64,000 bases of DNA from Bacteroidales bacterium (GCA_004558535.1 SFCP01000005.1:11429-75428); one strand, 5' to 3'; shown: positions 38,893 to 50,159, counted from the first letter of the stretch. Translations and numbers: made by a program. Notes: generated from the sequence alone by a model not told the origin.

Positions 38893-40989
38893 ATGAGCTA
38901 CGATTCATTCTACATCACCAAGCGCGACGGCTCGCGCGAAAAATTCTCGCTCGAGAAGATAAAGGGAGCCATCCTCAAGGCATTCGCTTCGGTGGACGAC
39001 CCCGTCAACGCCGAGGGGTTGGGGCGCGTCATCGGTCACCTGCGTTTCTGCAACGGTATGAGCGTTGAGGACATCCAGAACCAAGTGGAGGTGGCCCTGA
39101 TGAGCGAACACCACTTCAAGGCCGCCAAGGCTTTCATGATCTACCGCAAGCAGCACACCGACGACCGCGAGACGGCCGACAAGCTGCGCTTCCTGATCAA
39201 CTACTGCGACTCCGCCAACCCCGCCACCGGCTCGAAGTATGACGCCAACGCCAATGTGGAGAACAAAAACATCGCCACACTCATCGGCGAGCTGCCCAAG
39301 CAGGGCTTCATCCGCCTGAACCGCCGCCTGCTCTGCGACAAAATCAAGGAGCTCTACGGCCGCGAGACCGCCGACCGCTACCTGTACCTCCTGCAACACC
39401 ATTATATATACAAGAACGACGAGACTTCGCTGGCCAACTACTGCGCCTCGATTACGATGTACCCCTGGCTGTTGGAGGGAACCAAGGGAATCGGTGGCAA
39501 CTCCACGGCACCGACCAACCTGAAAAGCTTCTGCGGCGGATTTGTCAACATGGTGTTTATGGTCAGCTCGATGCTGTCGGGCGCCTGTGCCACTCCCGAG
39601 TTTCTCATGTACATGAGCCACTTCCTGACCAAGGAGTACGGTGACGATTTCTACCTCCGCGCCGACGAGGTGGTGGACCTGTCGCTGCGCCGCCGCACTA
39701 TCGACAAGGTTATCACCGATTGCTTCGAGCAGATTGTCTACTCCATCAACCAGCCCACGGGTGCGCGCAACTTCCAGTCCGTCTTCTGGAACATCAGCTA
39801 CTACGACAAGAATTATTTCGAGAGCATCTTTGGCAACTTCTTCTTCCCCGACGGTTCGCAGCCGCAGTGGGAGGCCGTCAGCTGGCTGCAGAAGCGCTTT
39901 ATGCGGTGGTTCAACGCCGAGCGGACCAAGGCCGTGCTCACCTTCCCCGTCGAGACCATGGCCCTGCTGACCAAGGACGGCGACGTGATCGACCGGGAGT
40001 ATGGCGACTTCACCGCCGAGATGTATGCAGCCGGCCATTCGTTCTTCACATATATGAGCGACAACGCCGACTCCTTGGCTTCGTGCTGCCGCCTGCGCAA
40101 TGAAATTCAGGACAACGGCTTCAGCTACACGCTGGGTGCCGGCGGTGTGAGCACCGGCTCGAAGTCAGTGCTGACCATCAACGTGAACCGTTGCGTGCAG
40201 CAGGCTACCCGCGAGGGACGCCCCTACGTGGAATACCTCGAAGGCATCGTAGACCTGGTCCACAAGGTGCAGATGGCCTACAACGAGAACCTGAACGACC
40301 TGTTGAAGAAGGGAATGCTCCCCCTCTTCGACGCCGGCTACATCAACATCAAGCGCCAGTACCTCACCATCGGCGTCAACGGTATCGTGGAAGCCGCCGA
40401 AAGCCTCGGCATGACCATATCCGACAACGAGGAGTACGCCACGTTTGTGAGCAACGTGCTCGGACTTATCGAGAAGTACAACAAGCAGTATCGTTCCAAG
40501 GACGTGCTCTTCAACTGCGAGATGATACCGGCCGAGAATGTGGGCGTAAAGCATGCCCGCTGGGACCGCGAGGACGGCTACTTCGTACCCCGTGACTGCT
40601 ACAACAGCTATTTTTACATCGTCGAGGACCCCAATACCGATATTATAGAGAAGTTCCGCCTGCATGGCAGGAAGTACATCGAACACCTGACCGGCGGCAG
40701 TGCACTCCACGCCAACCTGGAGGAACACCTCTCGGCACCCCAGTACCGCCAGTTGCTCAAGATTGCCGCCAAGGAGGGATGCAACTACTTCACATTCAAT
40801 ATCCCGAACACCCTGTGCAAAGACTGCGGACACATAGACAAGCGCTACCTGAAGGAATGCCCGCACTGCCACAGCCACAACGTGGACTACCTGACGCGTA
40901 TCATAGGCTACCTGAAGCGCGTGTCCAACTTCTCGCTCGACCGGCAGAAGGAAGCCGCACGCCGCTACTATGCGCAGGTGGAAGTATAA
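38893..40989 (+). CDS. nrdD: Anaerobic (class III) ribonucleoside-triphosphate reductase
   Basis: ATP cone (ITKRDG), SCCRL, IPAEN, CKDC...CPHC, glycyl-radical motif TRIIGYL. Confidence 0.97.
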   Translation: MSYDSFYITKRDGSREKFSLEKIKGAILKAFASVDDPVNAEGLGRVIGHLRFCNGMSVEDIQNQVEVALMSEHHFKAAKAFMIYRKQHTDDRETADKLRFLINYCDSANPATGSKYDANANVENKNIATLIGELPKQGFIRLNRRLLCDKIKELYGRETADRYLYLLQHHYIYKNDETSLANYCASITMYPWLLEGTKGIGGNSTAPTNLKSFCGGFVNMVFMVSSMLSGACATPEFLMYMSHFLTKEYGDDFYLRADEVVDLSLRRRTIDKVITDCFEQIVYSINQPTGARNFQSVFWNISYYDKNYFESIFGNFFFPDGSQPQWEAVSWLQKRFMRWFNAERTKAVLTFPVETMALLTKDGDVIDREYGDFTAEMYAAGHSFFTYMSDNADSLASCCRLRNEIQDNGFSYTLGAGGVSTGSKSVLTINVNRCVQQATREGRPYVEYLEGIVDLVHKVQMAYNENLNDLLKKGMLPLFDAGYINIKRQYLTIGVNGIVEAAESLGMTISDNEEYATFVSNVLGLIEKYNKQYRSKDVLFNCEMIPAENVGVKHARWDREDGYFVPRDCYNSYFYIVEDPNTDIIEKFRLHGRKYIEHLTGGSALHANLEEHLSAPQYRQLLKIAAKEGCNYFTFNIPNTLCKDCGHIDKRYLKECPHCHSHNVDYLTRIIGYLKRVSNFSLDRQKEAARRYYAQVEV

Positions 40990-41083
40990 GGACACATTTG
41001 TCAGAAAACAAAAGGAACGGCCTGCCGGCGTGGGGAGCACAGACACTGCCCGCGCGGCGGCCGTTCGCTGAAAAGCTATCGGT

Positions 41084-41548
41084 ATGCGCTACGTCAACCA
41101 TGACATCGTTTTCCAGGAGTTTCCCGACGAGGTAACCCTGGCCATCAATATCTCGGGCTGCCCCAACGGCTGCCCGGGCTGCCACAGTCCGCACCTGCAA
41201 CAGGATACCGGCGACGAACTCACCGGGGAACGGCTCACCGCCTTGGTGGAAAACTACCGCGGCGAGATCACCTGCGTCGGATTTATGGGCGGTGACGCCG
41301 ACCCTGCCCGGGTGTTCCGTCTGGCCGCACTGCTGAAGGAACATTTCGGCCCCACGCTGCACACGGGATGGTACAGCGGACGTACCCAGGTACCCGCCGC
41401 CCGGGATTTGGTACACCTTGACTACCTGAAGTTAGGCCCCTATATCGCCGCGCGCGGCCCATTGAGTGCCGCCACGACCAATCAGCGGATGTTTCGTGTG
41501 GAGGGGGAAAAACTTATCGACATCACCGCCCGTTTCCAAAAGGCATAG
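41084..41548 (+). CDS. nrdG: NrdD-activating radical SAM protein
   Basis: VFQEFPDEVTLAINISGCPNGCPGCHS (CxxxCxxC), KLGPY, TTNQR. Confidence 0.95.
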   Translation: MRYVNHDIVFQEFPDEVTLAINISGCPNGCPGCHSPHLQQDTGDELTGERLTALVENYRGEITCVGFMGGDADPARVFRLAALLKEHFGPTLHTGWYSGRTQVPAARDLVHLDYLKLGPYIAARGPLSAATTNQRMFRVEGEKLIDITARFQKA

Positions 41549-41794
41549 CCGTAGAAATCCGCAGCCGGCCGGCGAGAGCGGCAGGGACGTCCATCGGCCG
41601 AAAGGGGTTTGAAAACAAGGCTATAAGGGGAGAAAAAGGCCGGAAAATACCCCTCACTGCCGCTAAATCCTTATAAAATCAGGCTTTTTGTAAAAAAAAT
41701 CCGTTTTTTCTTTGGATGAGTTGGTAAGTTACCCTATATTTGCGATAAATTCTAAGTGGAAAACACACTAATAACCCCTATAAATTATCGCTTT

Positions 41795-42067
41795 ATGAAC
41801 AAATCCGAACTCGTAAATGCCATTGCTGCTGAAGCCGGCTTGAAGAAAGATGACGCCAAGAAAGCCTTGGAAGCTACCATCAACGCCATCGCTGGCGCAC
41901 TGAAGGGCGGTGACAAAGTTGCCCTCCTGGGCTTTGGCACCTTTGCCGTAACCGAGCGTCCCGCTCGCACCGGTATCAACCCCGCAACCAAGGAAAAGAT
42001 CGAAATCGCTGCCAAGAAAGTCATCAAGTTCAAGGCTGGCGCTGAACTGGCTGCCGAAATCAAATAA
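41795..42067 (+). CDS. hup: HU DNA-binding protein
   Basis: MNKSELVNAIA, GFGTF, ARTGINPATKEKIEI, FKAG. Confidence 0.97.
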   Translation: MNKSELVNAIAAEAGLKKDDAKKALEATINAIAGALKGGDKVALLGFGTFAVTERPARTGINPATKEKIEIAAKKVIKFKAGAELAAEIK

Positions 42068-42302
42068 TCGGCTCCCGTTCATAACGAGGTACAAATCACA
42101 TGCCGGCAACTCTCCCGCCGTGGGGACGTTGCCGGCATCGTTGTGTTTGCTCCTGCCGGCTGCTTGCGGCCGCGGTGGTCGGTGGCAGGGGCGATGAAAA
42201 AGGTTTCGGCCGCTCTTACGAAAGCGTGAAAGCGGCCGAAACGGCGGACAGTCGCTACCGGGTCCGTGCGGCGCGAACCCAAAGCGCGGATAGGCGGTAC
42301 TG

Positions 42303-43964
42303 TCAGCTCAGTCCAATGATTTCTCCGTCCACGTAGTCGATGTGGTTCGCCTGCGGGTCTTTGGGCAGGCCCGGCATACGCAGGATGTCTCCCGCGATGG
42401 CCACGATCATCTCGGCGCCGGCGTTGAGCACCACGTCCTTGATGAGCAGGCGGAAACCGCTTGCTGCGCCGTATTGCTTGGCATCGGCCGAGAAGGAGAA
42501 CTGTGTCTTGGCAATACATACCGGGAAATTCGACATGCCATGGGCTTCGGCCAGCTTGATGCGGTTGAGGGCCGGTTTGGCAAAGTCAACGCCGGCAGCG
42601 CCGTAGATGTGGCAGGCCACTTTCTCGATTTTCGTGCGGATGGAGTCGCCATCCTCATAGGTGAAGTGCAGGGGCTGCGACGGTTTCTGCTCGATAGTGT
42701 CGACCACGAGCCGGGCCATTTCGACGGCACCGCTTCCGCCTTCGGCGTAGGCGTTGTTGATGACGAATGGCAGACCGAGCTCCTGCTCGCAGTGACTACG
42801 TAGCAGTGCCATTTCCTCGTCTGTGTCGGTGGCAAAGCGGTTGAAGACGACCACTACCGACTGGCCAAACGAGCGTAGGTTGGCGACGTGGCGGTCCAGG
42901 TTGGCGAGGCCGCAGCGCAGTCCCTCCATGTTGGGCGCCTTGATTTCGTCGAGGGGCACGCCGCCGTGCATCTTCAGTCCCTGTGCCGTGGCCACGATGA
43001 CGGTAAGGTCGGGCTGTAGGCCACTCTTGCGGCAGAGGATGTTGTAGAACTTCTCAGCGCCCAAGTCCGCGCCAAATCCGGCTTCGGTAATGGTATATTC
43101 GCTGTGAGCAAGTGCCATTTTTGTAGCCAGAAGCGAGTTGCAGCCGTGCGCGATGTTGGCAAAGGGTCCACCGTGTACCACCGCCGGTGTATTCTCCGTA
43201 GTCTGGACCAGGTTGGGCTGGATGGCGTCCTTGAGTAGCACCATGATGGCGCCCGCTACGCCGAGGTCGCGTACGGTGAAGGGCGTACCTTCGTAAGTGT
43301 AGCCCAGGAGGATGTTCTCCACGCGGCGGCGCAGGTCAGCCTCGTCGGCGGCCAGGCAGAGAATAGCCATGAGTTCGGATGCCGGTGTGATGTCGAAGCC
43401 CGCCTGCTGGGTGAGTCCGTTGGTCGCAGGTCCGAGACCGGTGACGATGGAGCGCAGGGAGCGGTCGTTGACGTCGAGGACGCGTCGCCACAGGATCTCC
43501 TTCAGTCCGAAGCCCTCCTTGGCATGTTGGTACAGGTAGTTGTCCAGCAGGGCTGCAATCATATTGTGGGCCGACGTGATGGCATGGAAGTCACCGGTGA
43601 AGTGGAGGTTGATTTTCTCCATCGGCAATACCTGGGCATAGCCACCGCCGGCAGCACCGCCCTTCATGCCGAAGCAGGGGCCCAGCGAGGGTTCGCGCAG
43701 CGCCACGACGGCCCGGCGGCCGATTTTGTTGAGTCCCAGTGCCAGTCCGATAGAGACTGTCGTCTTGCCGATGCCGGCTTTGGTGGCCGTGATGGCTGTC
43801 ACGAGGATGAGTTTGCCCTGCTGCTTTCCGATGAGGTGCAGGGGGAGCTTGGCGATGTGCTTGCCGTAGTGTTCCAACTCGGCAGCGGGAATTTCCATCG
43901 AGGCTGCCACTTCGTCGATGGGCTTCAGCGCAACGCTGTGGGCGATTTCCAGGTCAGTTTTCAT
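42303..43964 (-). CDS. fhs: Formate--tetrahydrofolate ligase
   Basis: [51 protein letters not shown]. Confidence 0.97.
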   Translation of the reverse strand: MKTDLEIAHSVALKPIDEVAASMEIPAAELEHYGKHIAKLPLHLIGKQQGKLILVTAITATKAGIGKTTVSIGLALGLNKIGRRAVVALREPSLGPCFGMKGGAAGGGYAQVLPMEKINLHFTGDFHAITSAHNMIAALLDNYLYQHAKEGFGLKEILWRRVLDVNDRSLRSIVTGLGPATNGLTQQAGFDITPASELMAILCLAADEADLRRRVENILLGYTYEGTPFTVRDLGVAGAIMVLLKDAIQPNLVQTTENTPAVVHGGPFANIAHGCNSLLATKMALAHSEYTITEAGFGADLGAEKFYNILCRKSGLQPDLTVIVATAQGLKMHGGVPLDEIKAPNMEGLRCGLANLDRHVANLRSFGQSVVVVFNRFATDTDEEMALLRSHCEQELGLPFVINNAYAEGGSGAVEMARLVVDTIEQKPSQPLHFTYEDGDSIRTKIEKVACHIYGAAGVDFAKPALNRIKLAEAHGMSNFPVCIAKTQFSFSADAKQYGAASGFRLLIKDVVLNAGAEMIVAIAGDILRMPGLPKDPQANHIDYVDGEIIGLS

Positions 43965-44192
43965 AGACGATATAATATTATAGGTAGGGGATAGGCAAAA
44001 GTAAGCATTTCCGACGAGGTGGCCAAATAGGCGGCAGGCAGCACTGTGTGGTCGCCGGTGCAAAAAAATCCGGTTTGGGGATGGTGCCGTGGGCGGGATT
44101 TCCGTAAATTTGCGGCGGATAAGAAAAACGGCGGGGATTGCGACGCTCCCGGATGGGCGGTGTGGCAGACTTCGCAGCTAAAAGAATAAACT

Positions 44193-44804
44193 ATGTTGTA
44201 CAGTGTAGATTACTTGGTCTCGCGCTTGGACTGGCAGCAGGTCGTCAGCGCGTTTATCGTCCTGTTTGCTGTCATCGATGTGCTCGGTTCGACGCCCATA
44301 TTCATTTCTCTGCAAAACCAGGGACGACCTGTCAGTGCTCCCAAGGCCACTTTGATTTCGGGAGGCCTGCTCGTGGCTTTCTACTTTGCCGGCGACATCC
44401 TGCTGAGGCTCTTCAACGTTGACATTGAGTCCTTTGCCGTGGCCGGTTCGCTGGTTATTTTCCTCATGTCGCTTGAGATGATATTGGATGTCGAGATATT
44501 CAAGAATACGGGCCCTATCAAAGAGGCGACCCTCGTGCCTGTGGTTTTCCCGCTCTTGGCGGGGCCGGGCTCCTTCACTACCTTGCTGTCGCTGCGCGCC
44601 GAGTACGCCACGCCCAACATCATGATAGGATTGGTACTCAACCTGGTGTTTGTGTTCTGTGTGCTGCATGCCACTACGCGTGTCGAGCGTATTATTTCGA
44701 AAAGTGTCATTTACCTGATGCGGAAGTTCTTCGGCATCATCCTGCTGGCCATTTCCGTGCGCCTCTTTACGGCCAACCTGCAGTCCCTGCTCCATCATTT
44801 GTAG
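44193..44804 (+). CDS. marC: MarC-family membrane protein
   Basis: FAVID..G..P, FAVAG, VP..FPLLAGPG, six TM segments. Confidence 0.9.
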   Translation: MLYSVDYLVSRLDWQQVVSAFIVLFAVIDVLGSTPIFISLQNQGRPVSAPKATLISGGLLVAFYFAGDILLRLFNVDIESFAVAGSLVIFLMSLEMILDVEIFKNTGPIKEATLVPVVFPLLAGPGSFTTLLSLRAEYATPNIMIGLVLNLVFVFCVLHATTRVERIISKSVIYLMRKFFGIILLAISVRLFTANLQSLLHHL

Positions 44805-44894
44805 TGGCCGGCTTCCCCGTCTCGCCGGTATGTGAAGAACCTCCCCCTGTCGCCCGATTGAATGGTGGCAGGGGGAGGTCCTTTGTGTATAGAG

Positions 44895-45674
44895 TCAGAA
44901 TATTTCAAACTTCAAGCCCAGTGCGAGCGACAGGATGTCCTTGAATCGGATTTCCCGGTTGGTAAAGGCCGAAACAATGTAGAGGTCGCAGCTGCTGAGT
45001 TCGTAATAGAAAGCCAGCGCTTTGGCATGGCGGCGCTTGTTTCCCGGAATGTTGTAGCGAAAACTCTGCCCGAGGAAGACATTCAGCCGGATCTTGGTCG
45101 AGAAACCGTAGTAGCGATCCGGATAGCGCGAGGGCTCGTTTGCCCAAAAGTCTTCGCCGAAGATCGAGTTGACGAAGATACCTGTCGTCAGGGGGCAGAA
45201 CGTCCAATCCCGGCCCAGCCGTGTGTGCCAGGGTACGAAGCGTTGCTTCAGTGTAAGCGTCATCTTGGCCTCCTCGGAGTTGTAGCGTGGCAGGAAACCC
45301 ACCAGGATGTCCGTCTCGAAGTTGTCGTGACGCCCGTAGTGCCAGCCGAAGCCGGTGGAGAGCAGTCCGATGCTGCCGGCGTACTGCACGGTGAACTGGT
45401 TGGGCGTCAGGTTGTGCCAAAATCGCTGGTAGCGCTGCGTACGTCGCTCGTAGCGCGAGATTTTCCGTCCGGCAGCCCCCTCGGCGGCCGCTGCGCTGTC
45501 GAGGGGGACGGGGAGCGGTTCGTGTACGTAGACAAAGACAGTGTCGCCGCGCACCACCGTGTCGCGCACCTCGGCCGTTGCTGTCGCCTGCGGGGATTTT
45601 GAAACCGGCCGGGCCGCCATCGTTGTCGTTTGGCCAAGCAGCGCGAGGCTAATAATCCACCACTTCCATCTCAT
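44895..45674 (-). CDS. Conserved Bacteroidales outer-membrane protein of unknown function
   Basis: Signal peptide, QYAGSIGLLS.G.GW.YG, P.RYP..YY.FST, C-terminal LGLKFEIF; overlaps the phosphoesterase gene. Confidence 0.75.
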   Translation of the reverse strand: MRWKWWIISLALLGQTTTMAARPVSKSPQATATAEVRDTVVRGDTVFVYVHEPLPVPLDSAAAAEGAAGRKISRYERRTQRYQRFWHNLTPNQFTVQYAGSIGLLSTGFGWHYGRHDNFETDILVGFLPRYNSEEAKMTLTLKQRFVPWHTRLGRDWTFCPLTTGIFVNSIFGEDFWANEPSRYPDRYYGFSTKIRLNVFLGQSFRYNIPGNKRRHAKALAFYYELSSCDLYIVSAFTNREIRFKDILSLALGLKFEIF

Positions 45675-46470
45675 AGGTTCCGTTTGCTTTGAGGGTAAAT
45701 ACTAAGAACTGTCGCCCCTTGGCACAGCCGCATTCATGATACAGTAGACCGTCGCCCAGCGGTTCGAAGTCGGTCGTCTTGTGCGTGTGTCCGCACAGGC
45801 AGAACTGCAATCCGGGATAATGCCGCAGGTATTCGTGGAAGACATCCTCGACATTGTTGTTGAACTGGTCGGTGCCGGGGGCGGCGTGCATGGCCACGAC
45901 AGTGCGCTGCGCCCCGCTGCTTTGTGTCGTCTCGATGTCCGTGCGCAGGAAATGGAAGTCGGGAATGGCGATGGAGTAGTCGTATTCGAACGCATTGGTG
46001 TTGAGACAGACAAAGTGCGTATTACCGGCGTCGAAGGTGAAGTTGGGCTCGCCGTATAAGCACCTGTACACATCCGAACCCGTACCGAGGCAATCGTGAT
46101 TGCCGATGAGGCAGACGCAGGGCGGATTGAGTCGCGACAATTCGTGCTGCATCCATTCAAATTCCTTGGCCAGGCCGAAATCGCTCATGTCGCCGAGGTG
46201 AATGACAAAGTCTATATCGCCGCGGGCGTTGATACAGTTGACCGCGCGGCGGGTTTCGTCGTACCATCGCTGCGTGTCGCTGATGACGGCAAAGCGCAGG
46301 CTGTCGCGGTCGGCACACTGTTCCTCAATCAGCAGTATGTTCTTGGCGTTCAGTCCCGTCTCGCCGTCAAACCGCGAGTCGTAGGGATGATATTCTATGA
46401 GGTCACAGCCGCACAGCAGGTACAGCAGCGGCCAGCAGAGTAGGGGAGGGAGTAGGCGTAACGTCTTCAT
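45649..46470 (-). CDS. Calcineurin-like metallophosphoesterase lipoprotein
   Basis: Lipobox LCGC, ISDTQ, HLGD.SD, GNHD, GHTH. Confidence 0.9.
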   Translation of the reverse strand: MKTLRLLPPLLCWPLLYLLCGCDLIEYHPYDSRFDGETGLNAKNILLIEEQCADRDSLRFAVISDTQRWYDETRRAVNCINARGDIDFVIHLGDMSDFGLAKEFEWMQHELSRLNPPCVCLIGNHDCLGTGSDVYRCLYGEPNFTFDAGNTHFVCLNTNAFEYDYSIAIPDFHFLRTDIETTQSSGAQRTVVAMHAAPGTDQFNNNVEDVFHEYLRHYPGLQFCLCGHTHKTTDFEPLGDGLLYHECGCAKGRQFLVFTLKANGTYEMEVVDY

Positions 46471-46754
46471 GCCTGCAAAGTTGGGGCTTATTTTCCTCTT
46501 GCCCTTCATCCGTTTTGCGCCAAAACGTGCCATAAAATCCTCCCGCCCTTGGCTTTCGTGGCGTCGGCGCGGTGCGGCAGAGCGGGAAGCTGCCGGTCCA
46601 TGGAAAATGATGAGAACAGAAAAGTGCCCACGGTATGAGGCGGAACAGGGAAAAGGTTGTAACTTTGCTCCCCTTGCCGGACCGCAGTGCCGGCTTGCCG
46701 GTGGCCCGGGGATGCCTCGGGTGCTCCGGTCATGTGTAACTATCCCATGCGAAA

Positions 46755-47666
46755 ATGATGATGAATACGTCCGAAACCCTTGTGCCGCGCGAGCGCGAAA
46801 TACGGCGCGTCACTTTGGTGGGCAGTGTGGGCAACCTCATGCTCACCCTTTTCAAATTCTTCGCCGGCATCATGGGGCATAGTGCCGCCATGGTGGCCGA
46901 TGCCGTGCACTCACTGTCAGATTTGGCGACCGATGTGGTGGTCATCCTCTTTGTACGCCTGGCCGGGCGGCCCTCCGATCGCGACCATGCCTTTGGACAC
47001 GGCAAGTACGAGACACTGGCCACGGCCGTCATCGGACTGCTGCTGCTGGCGGTGGGCTGTATGATATTCTGGAACGGTGCCACGGCCGTCTATGCCGTGT
47101 GCCGTGGCGAGCAACTGCCCGTGCCGGGCCGCGTGGCACTGATTGCGGCGCTGGTGTCGGTGGCTACCAAGGAACTGCTCTATCAATATACCGCGCGGCG
47201 CGGCCGCAAACTCCACTCCCAGACGATGGTGGCCAACGCTTGGCATCATCGCAGCGATGCCCTCTCGTCCGTGGGTACAGCCTTGGGTATCGGCGGCGCC
47301 GTAGTGCTGGGTCCGCGGTGGGCAGTGCTCGATCCGCTGGCTGCCATCGTGGTGAGTGCGCTGATTGTGCACGTGGCCTACAAGTTGCTCCTGCCCTGTG
47401 TGGGTGAGTTGCTGGAGCAGTCTTTGCCCGAAGCCGAGGAACAGTATATTCGTCAGGTCATTTTGAGCCATCCCGGCGTGTCAGACCCCCACAATCTGCG
47501 TACGCGGCGCATCGGGGACTATCGTGCCATCGAAGTGCACTTCCGCATGGACGGCAATACCACCATCCATGAAGCACACGCTGCCACGCGCGCCATCGAG
47601 GACGCGCTGCGCGAGAAGTTTGGCCGGCAGACCATCATCAATACGCACGTGGAGCCGGTGAAGTAG
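46755..47666 (+). CDS. Cation diffusion facilitator (FieF-like) transporter
   Basis: ADAVHSLSD, HAFGHGKYE, AWHHRSD, H.LRTR, HVEP. Confidence 0.93.
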   Translation: MMMNTSETLVPREREIRRVTLVGSVGNLMLTLFKFFAGIMGHSAAMVADAVHSLSDLATDVVVILFVRLAGRPSDRDHAFGHGKYETLATAVIGLLLLAVGCMIFWNGATAVYAVCRGEQLPVPGRVALIAALVSVATKELLYQYTARRGRKLHSQTMVANAWHHRSDALSSVGTALGIGGAVVLGPRWAVLDPLAAIVVSALIVHVAYKLLLPCVGELLEQSLPEAEEQYIRQVILSHPGVSDPHNLRTRRIGDYRAIEVHFRMDGNTTIHEAHAATRAIEDALREKFGRQTIINTHVEPVK

Positions 47667-47718
47667 GGGAGAGAAAAGAAAAAATGGCCGGGCTGCTGGT
47701 AGAAAAGGGAAAGGAAAT

Positions 47719-48479
47719 TCAGCAAATAGGACCTTTCCCGACGTAGGCAGGCAGCGGAGCGGGCCGGTGCAGTCGGCTGACGAGGATTTCTCCGAATTTG
47801 TAGAAATAGCGGGTCAGCAACAGGGCGTAGCAGGATGTAACGTGATTTCTGCGCAGGGCTTCGCGGTGGTCGCGCATGATACGGAGGCGACTGCGCAGTG
47901 TGGCGTTGGATGCACCACCACGAACAGCAGGCGGAGCAGTTGTTCGAAATCGGCCGCCACGCGGTAGCGGGTGTCGAACGTGCCGTATTTCCGGTACAAA
48001 TCGGCGCGGCAATAAAAGGAAGGGTGTGCCGGCATGAAGCCCAGCCGCATCAGCCAGGGCGCGAAGGGCCGCGAACTGTAGTAGCGCAAGCAGTGCGACA
48101 GATCCTTTTCGCTGACGTAGTGCACGTCGCCATATACCGCATCGGCGTCGGTTTCTTCCAGGCGGCGTACAATTTGTTCCAGCACCCGTTCGTTGGTATA
48201 GAAGTCGTCGGAATTGAGAATGCCCACCACGTCGCCTGTGGCCCGGGCGATACCCTTGTTCATGGCATCGTAGAGCCCCTTGTCCGGCTCGCTTACCCAT
48301 TTCATCTTGCCCTCAAAGCGCGGTTCGTATTCGCGGATGATGTCAAGTGTGGCGTCTCGCGACGCACCGTCCACGATGATATATTCAATGTCCTGGTAAG
48401 TTTGTGCCAGCACGCTCTCGAAAGTGTCGCGCAGGGTGCGGGCGCTGTTGTATGTAGCGGTGATAATACTGATTTTCAT
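47719..48479 (-). pseudogene. GT2 (WfgS-like) glycosyltransferase, frameshifted by an internal deletion near 47918
   Basis: MKISIITATYNS, VDGAS.D, EPDKGLYDAMNKG, LNSDD, MPAHP; the natural C-terminus GGASNATLRSRLRIMRDH...RYFYKF is in another frame and ends at 47719. Confidence 0.8.
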
Positions 48480-48911
48480 AGGCCAAGGCGGGAAAACAAG
48501 TCTCCCTTTATTCTATAAACGGAGAAAAGGAAAAAAATTGTTTCCCCGGCAGGATTTCCCACGCGGCTGGTTGATTCTGCAAATTGTTAATTTGTTGCAA
48601 TAGTAAATAAAATTCCAAGCATTTTAATGTTTATATGAGAGAAATTTTGCATCTTTACGGCGCAAATGATATATTCGCTCGCAACTGGGTGATGCGCTAT
48701 ATCAGAAATTATGGACATGAAGACAATGATACGTATGGCAAATAAAGGCCACAACCTCCTGTACTTTCGGGATTTAACGGGAGGGTGGCAATGCTGGCTT
48801 TGCTGTAACGTTTTCATTCACATGTAGATACAGAATAAGAGCCTTCCGCAGGTGCAGATCATGGCACCGGCGGGAGGCTTCTGCATATTGTACCCTTTAT
48901 AACGATTAAAT

Positions 48912-50159
48912 ATGACGACACCAAAAGCTATTATTGCGGCCTTCCTGTCGCTGTGGATGCTCGCTGTGCAGGATGTCCCGGCACAGCGCAGCGGTGGCAA
49001 TGGGACAGACGCCGCGCCGTCCTGTGTAGGCGAATGGTACGGCGGCATCGAGGGCGGCGTGCCTTTCGGAATGAGCACTTTCAGCTCGTTCGGCGCCGAC
49101 AAGACGCGGGCGGGATACGCCCTCGGGCTGTTCGGCGGCTACCGCTTCCACCCCGCACTCTCGGCAGAGCTTTCCGCCAAGTGGGGAAAGGCGAACCTTG
49201 CCGCCCGCAACTGCTGCGCCGAAAGCAGCTATTGGCTGGGCGCTGACGGCAGAACCTATCACGCCCCCGTGGCAGGCTTCGCTGGAGCCGACTATGCCGA
49301 CCTGAAAAGCGCAGTCGCGCTGCAGCAGTATGGCGTGCGGTTAAACGTGAACCTGCTCGGTTTCTTCCGCCGGACCCGACAGAGCCGATGGAGGTTGGAA
49401 CTCTCGCCGACGATTGCTGCTGTGGGGACCAAGGCCGACGTGCAGACCATCGCTGCGGGAAATAGCCTGAGCGAGGGCAGGACGCGCTGGCACCTGGCCG
49501 GCGGCGGCGACCTGCAGGCGAGTTACGCCGTCACCGACCGCCTGCAGCTGGGCGTCTACTCCGGCATCACCTGCCTGAGCGGCAGGGGGATGGATGGCGT
49601 AGCACCGCGCGTGCACGACGTCAACTGCTTGTGGGAGAGCGGCCTGCGCATAGGCTACACCTTCAGCCGGAGCCGCAGAAAAGCCCAGGCCCGGGAGGGC
49701 AGCCTGCTGCCCGTCGTGGAAACGCCCGTCGCGCTGCCCGACACGGCCACCGTACGGCCCGAACCCGAGGAAGAACCGCAGGTGACACCGGTAGAAACGC
49801 CGGTGACGGATATGCCGGAGACGGCACAGGACTTCCCGGTCATCTACTTTGACTTCAACAAGTCGAACATCAGGGCCGAAGAAATGGAAAAACTCCGGGA
49901 CATTTGCCACATACTGCAAACACATCCAGACATGAGGGTAAGCATCACGGGATGGTGCGACCCCGCGGGCAGCATTGCCGTGAACAGGCGCATCTCGCGC
50001 CGCCGCGCCGAGGCTGTCAGGGACTGGCTGGTCAGCCAGGGTATCGAAGCTTCGCGTCTGGAGGTGCTGGGAATGGGCATTGACCGCGACGAAACGGACG
50101 CCGCGAAGGCCCGCCGCGTAGTGGTGGTAGACAACGAAAGAAAGGAGGCACAACCATGA
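48912..50159 (+). CDS. OmpA-family outer membrane protein
   Basis: N-terminal beta-barrel (WYGGIEGG.PFG), Pro-rich linker, IYFDFNKS, GWCD..G..AVN..IS..RAEAV. Confidence 0.9.
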   Translation: MTTPKAIIAAFLSLWMLAVQDVPAQRSGGNGTDAAPSCVGEWYGGIEGGVPFGMSTFSSFGADKTRAGYALGLFGGYRFHPALSAELSAKWGKANLAARNCCAESSYWLGADGRTYHAPVAGFAGADYADLKSAVALQQYGVRLNVNLLGFFRRTRQSRWRLELSPTIAAVGTKADVQTIAAGNSLSEGRTRWHLAGGGDLQASYAVTDRLQLGVYSGITCLSGRGMDGVAPRVHDVNCLWESGLRIGYTFSRSRRKAQAREGSLLPVVETPVALPDTATVRPEPEEEPQVTPVETPVTDMPETAQDFPVIYFDFNKSNIRAEEMEKLRDICHILQTHPDMRVSITGWCDPAGSIAVNRRISRRRAEAVRDWLVSQGIEASRLEVLGMGIDRDETDAAKARRVVVVDNERKEAQP

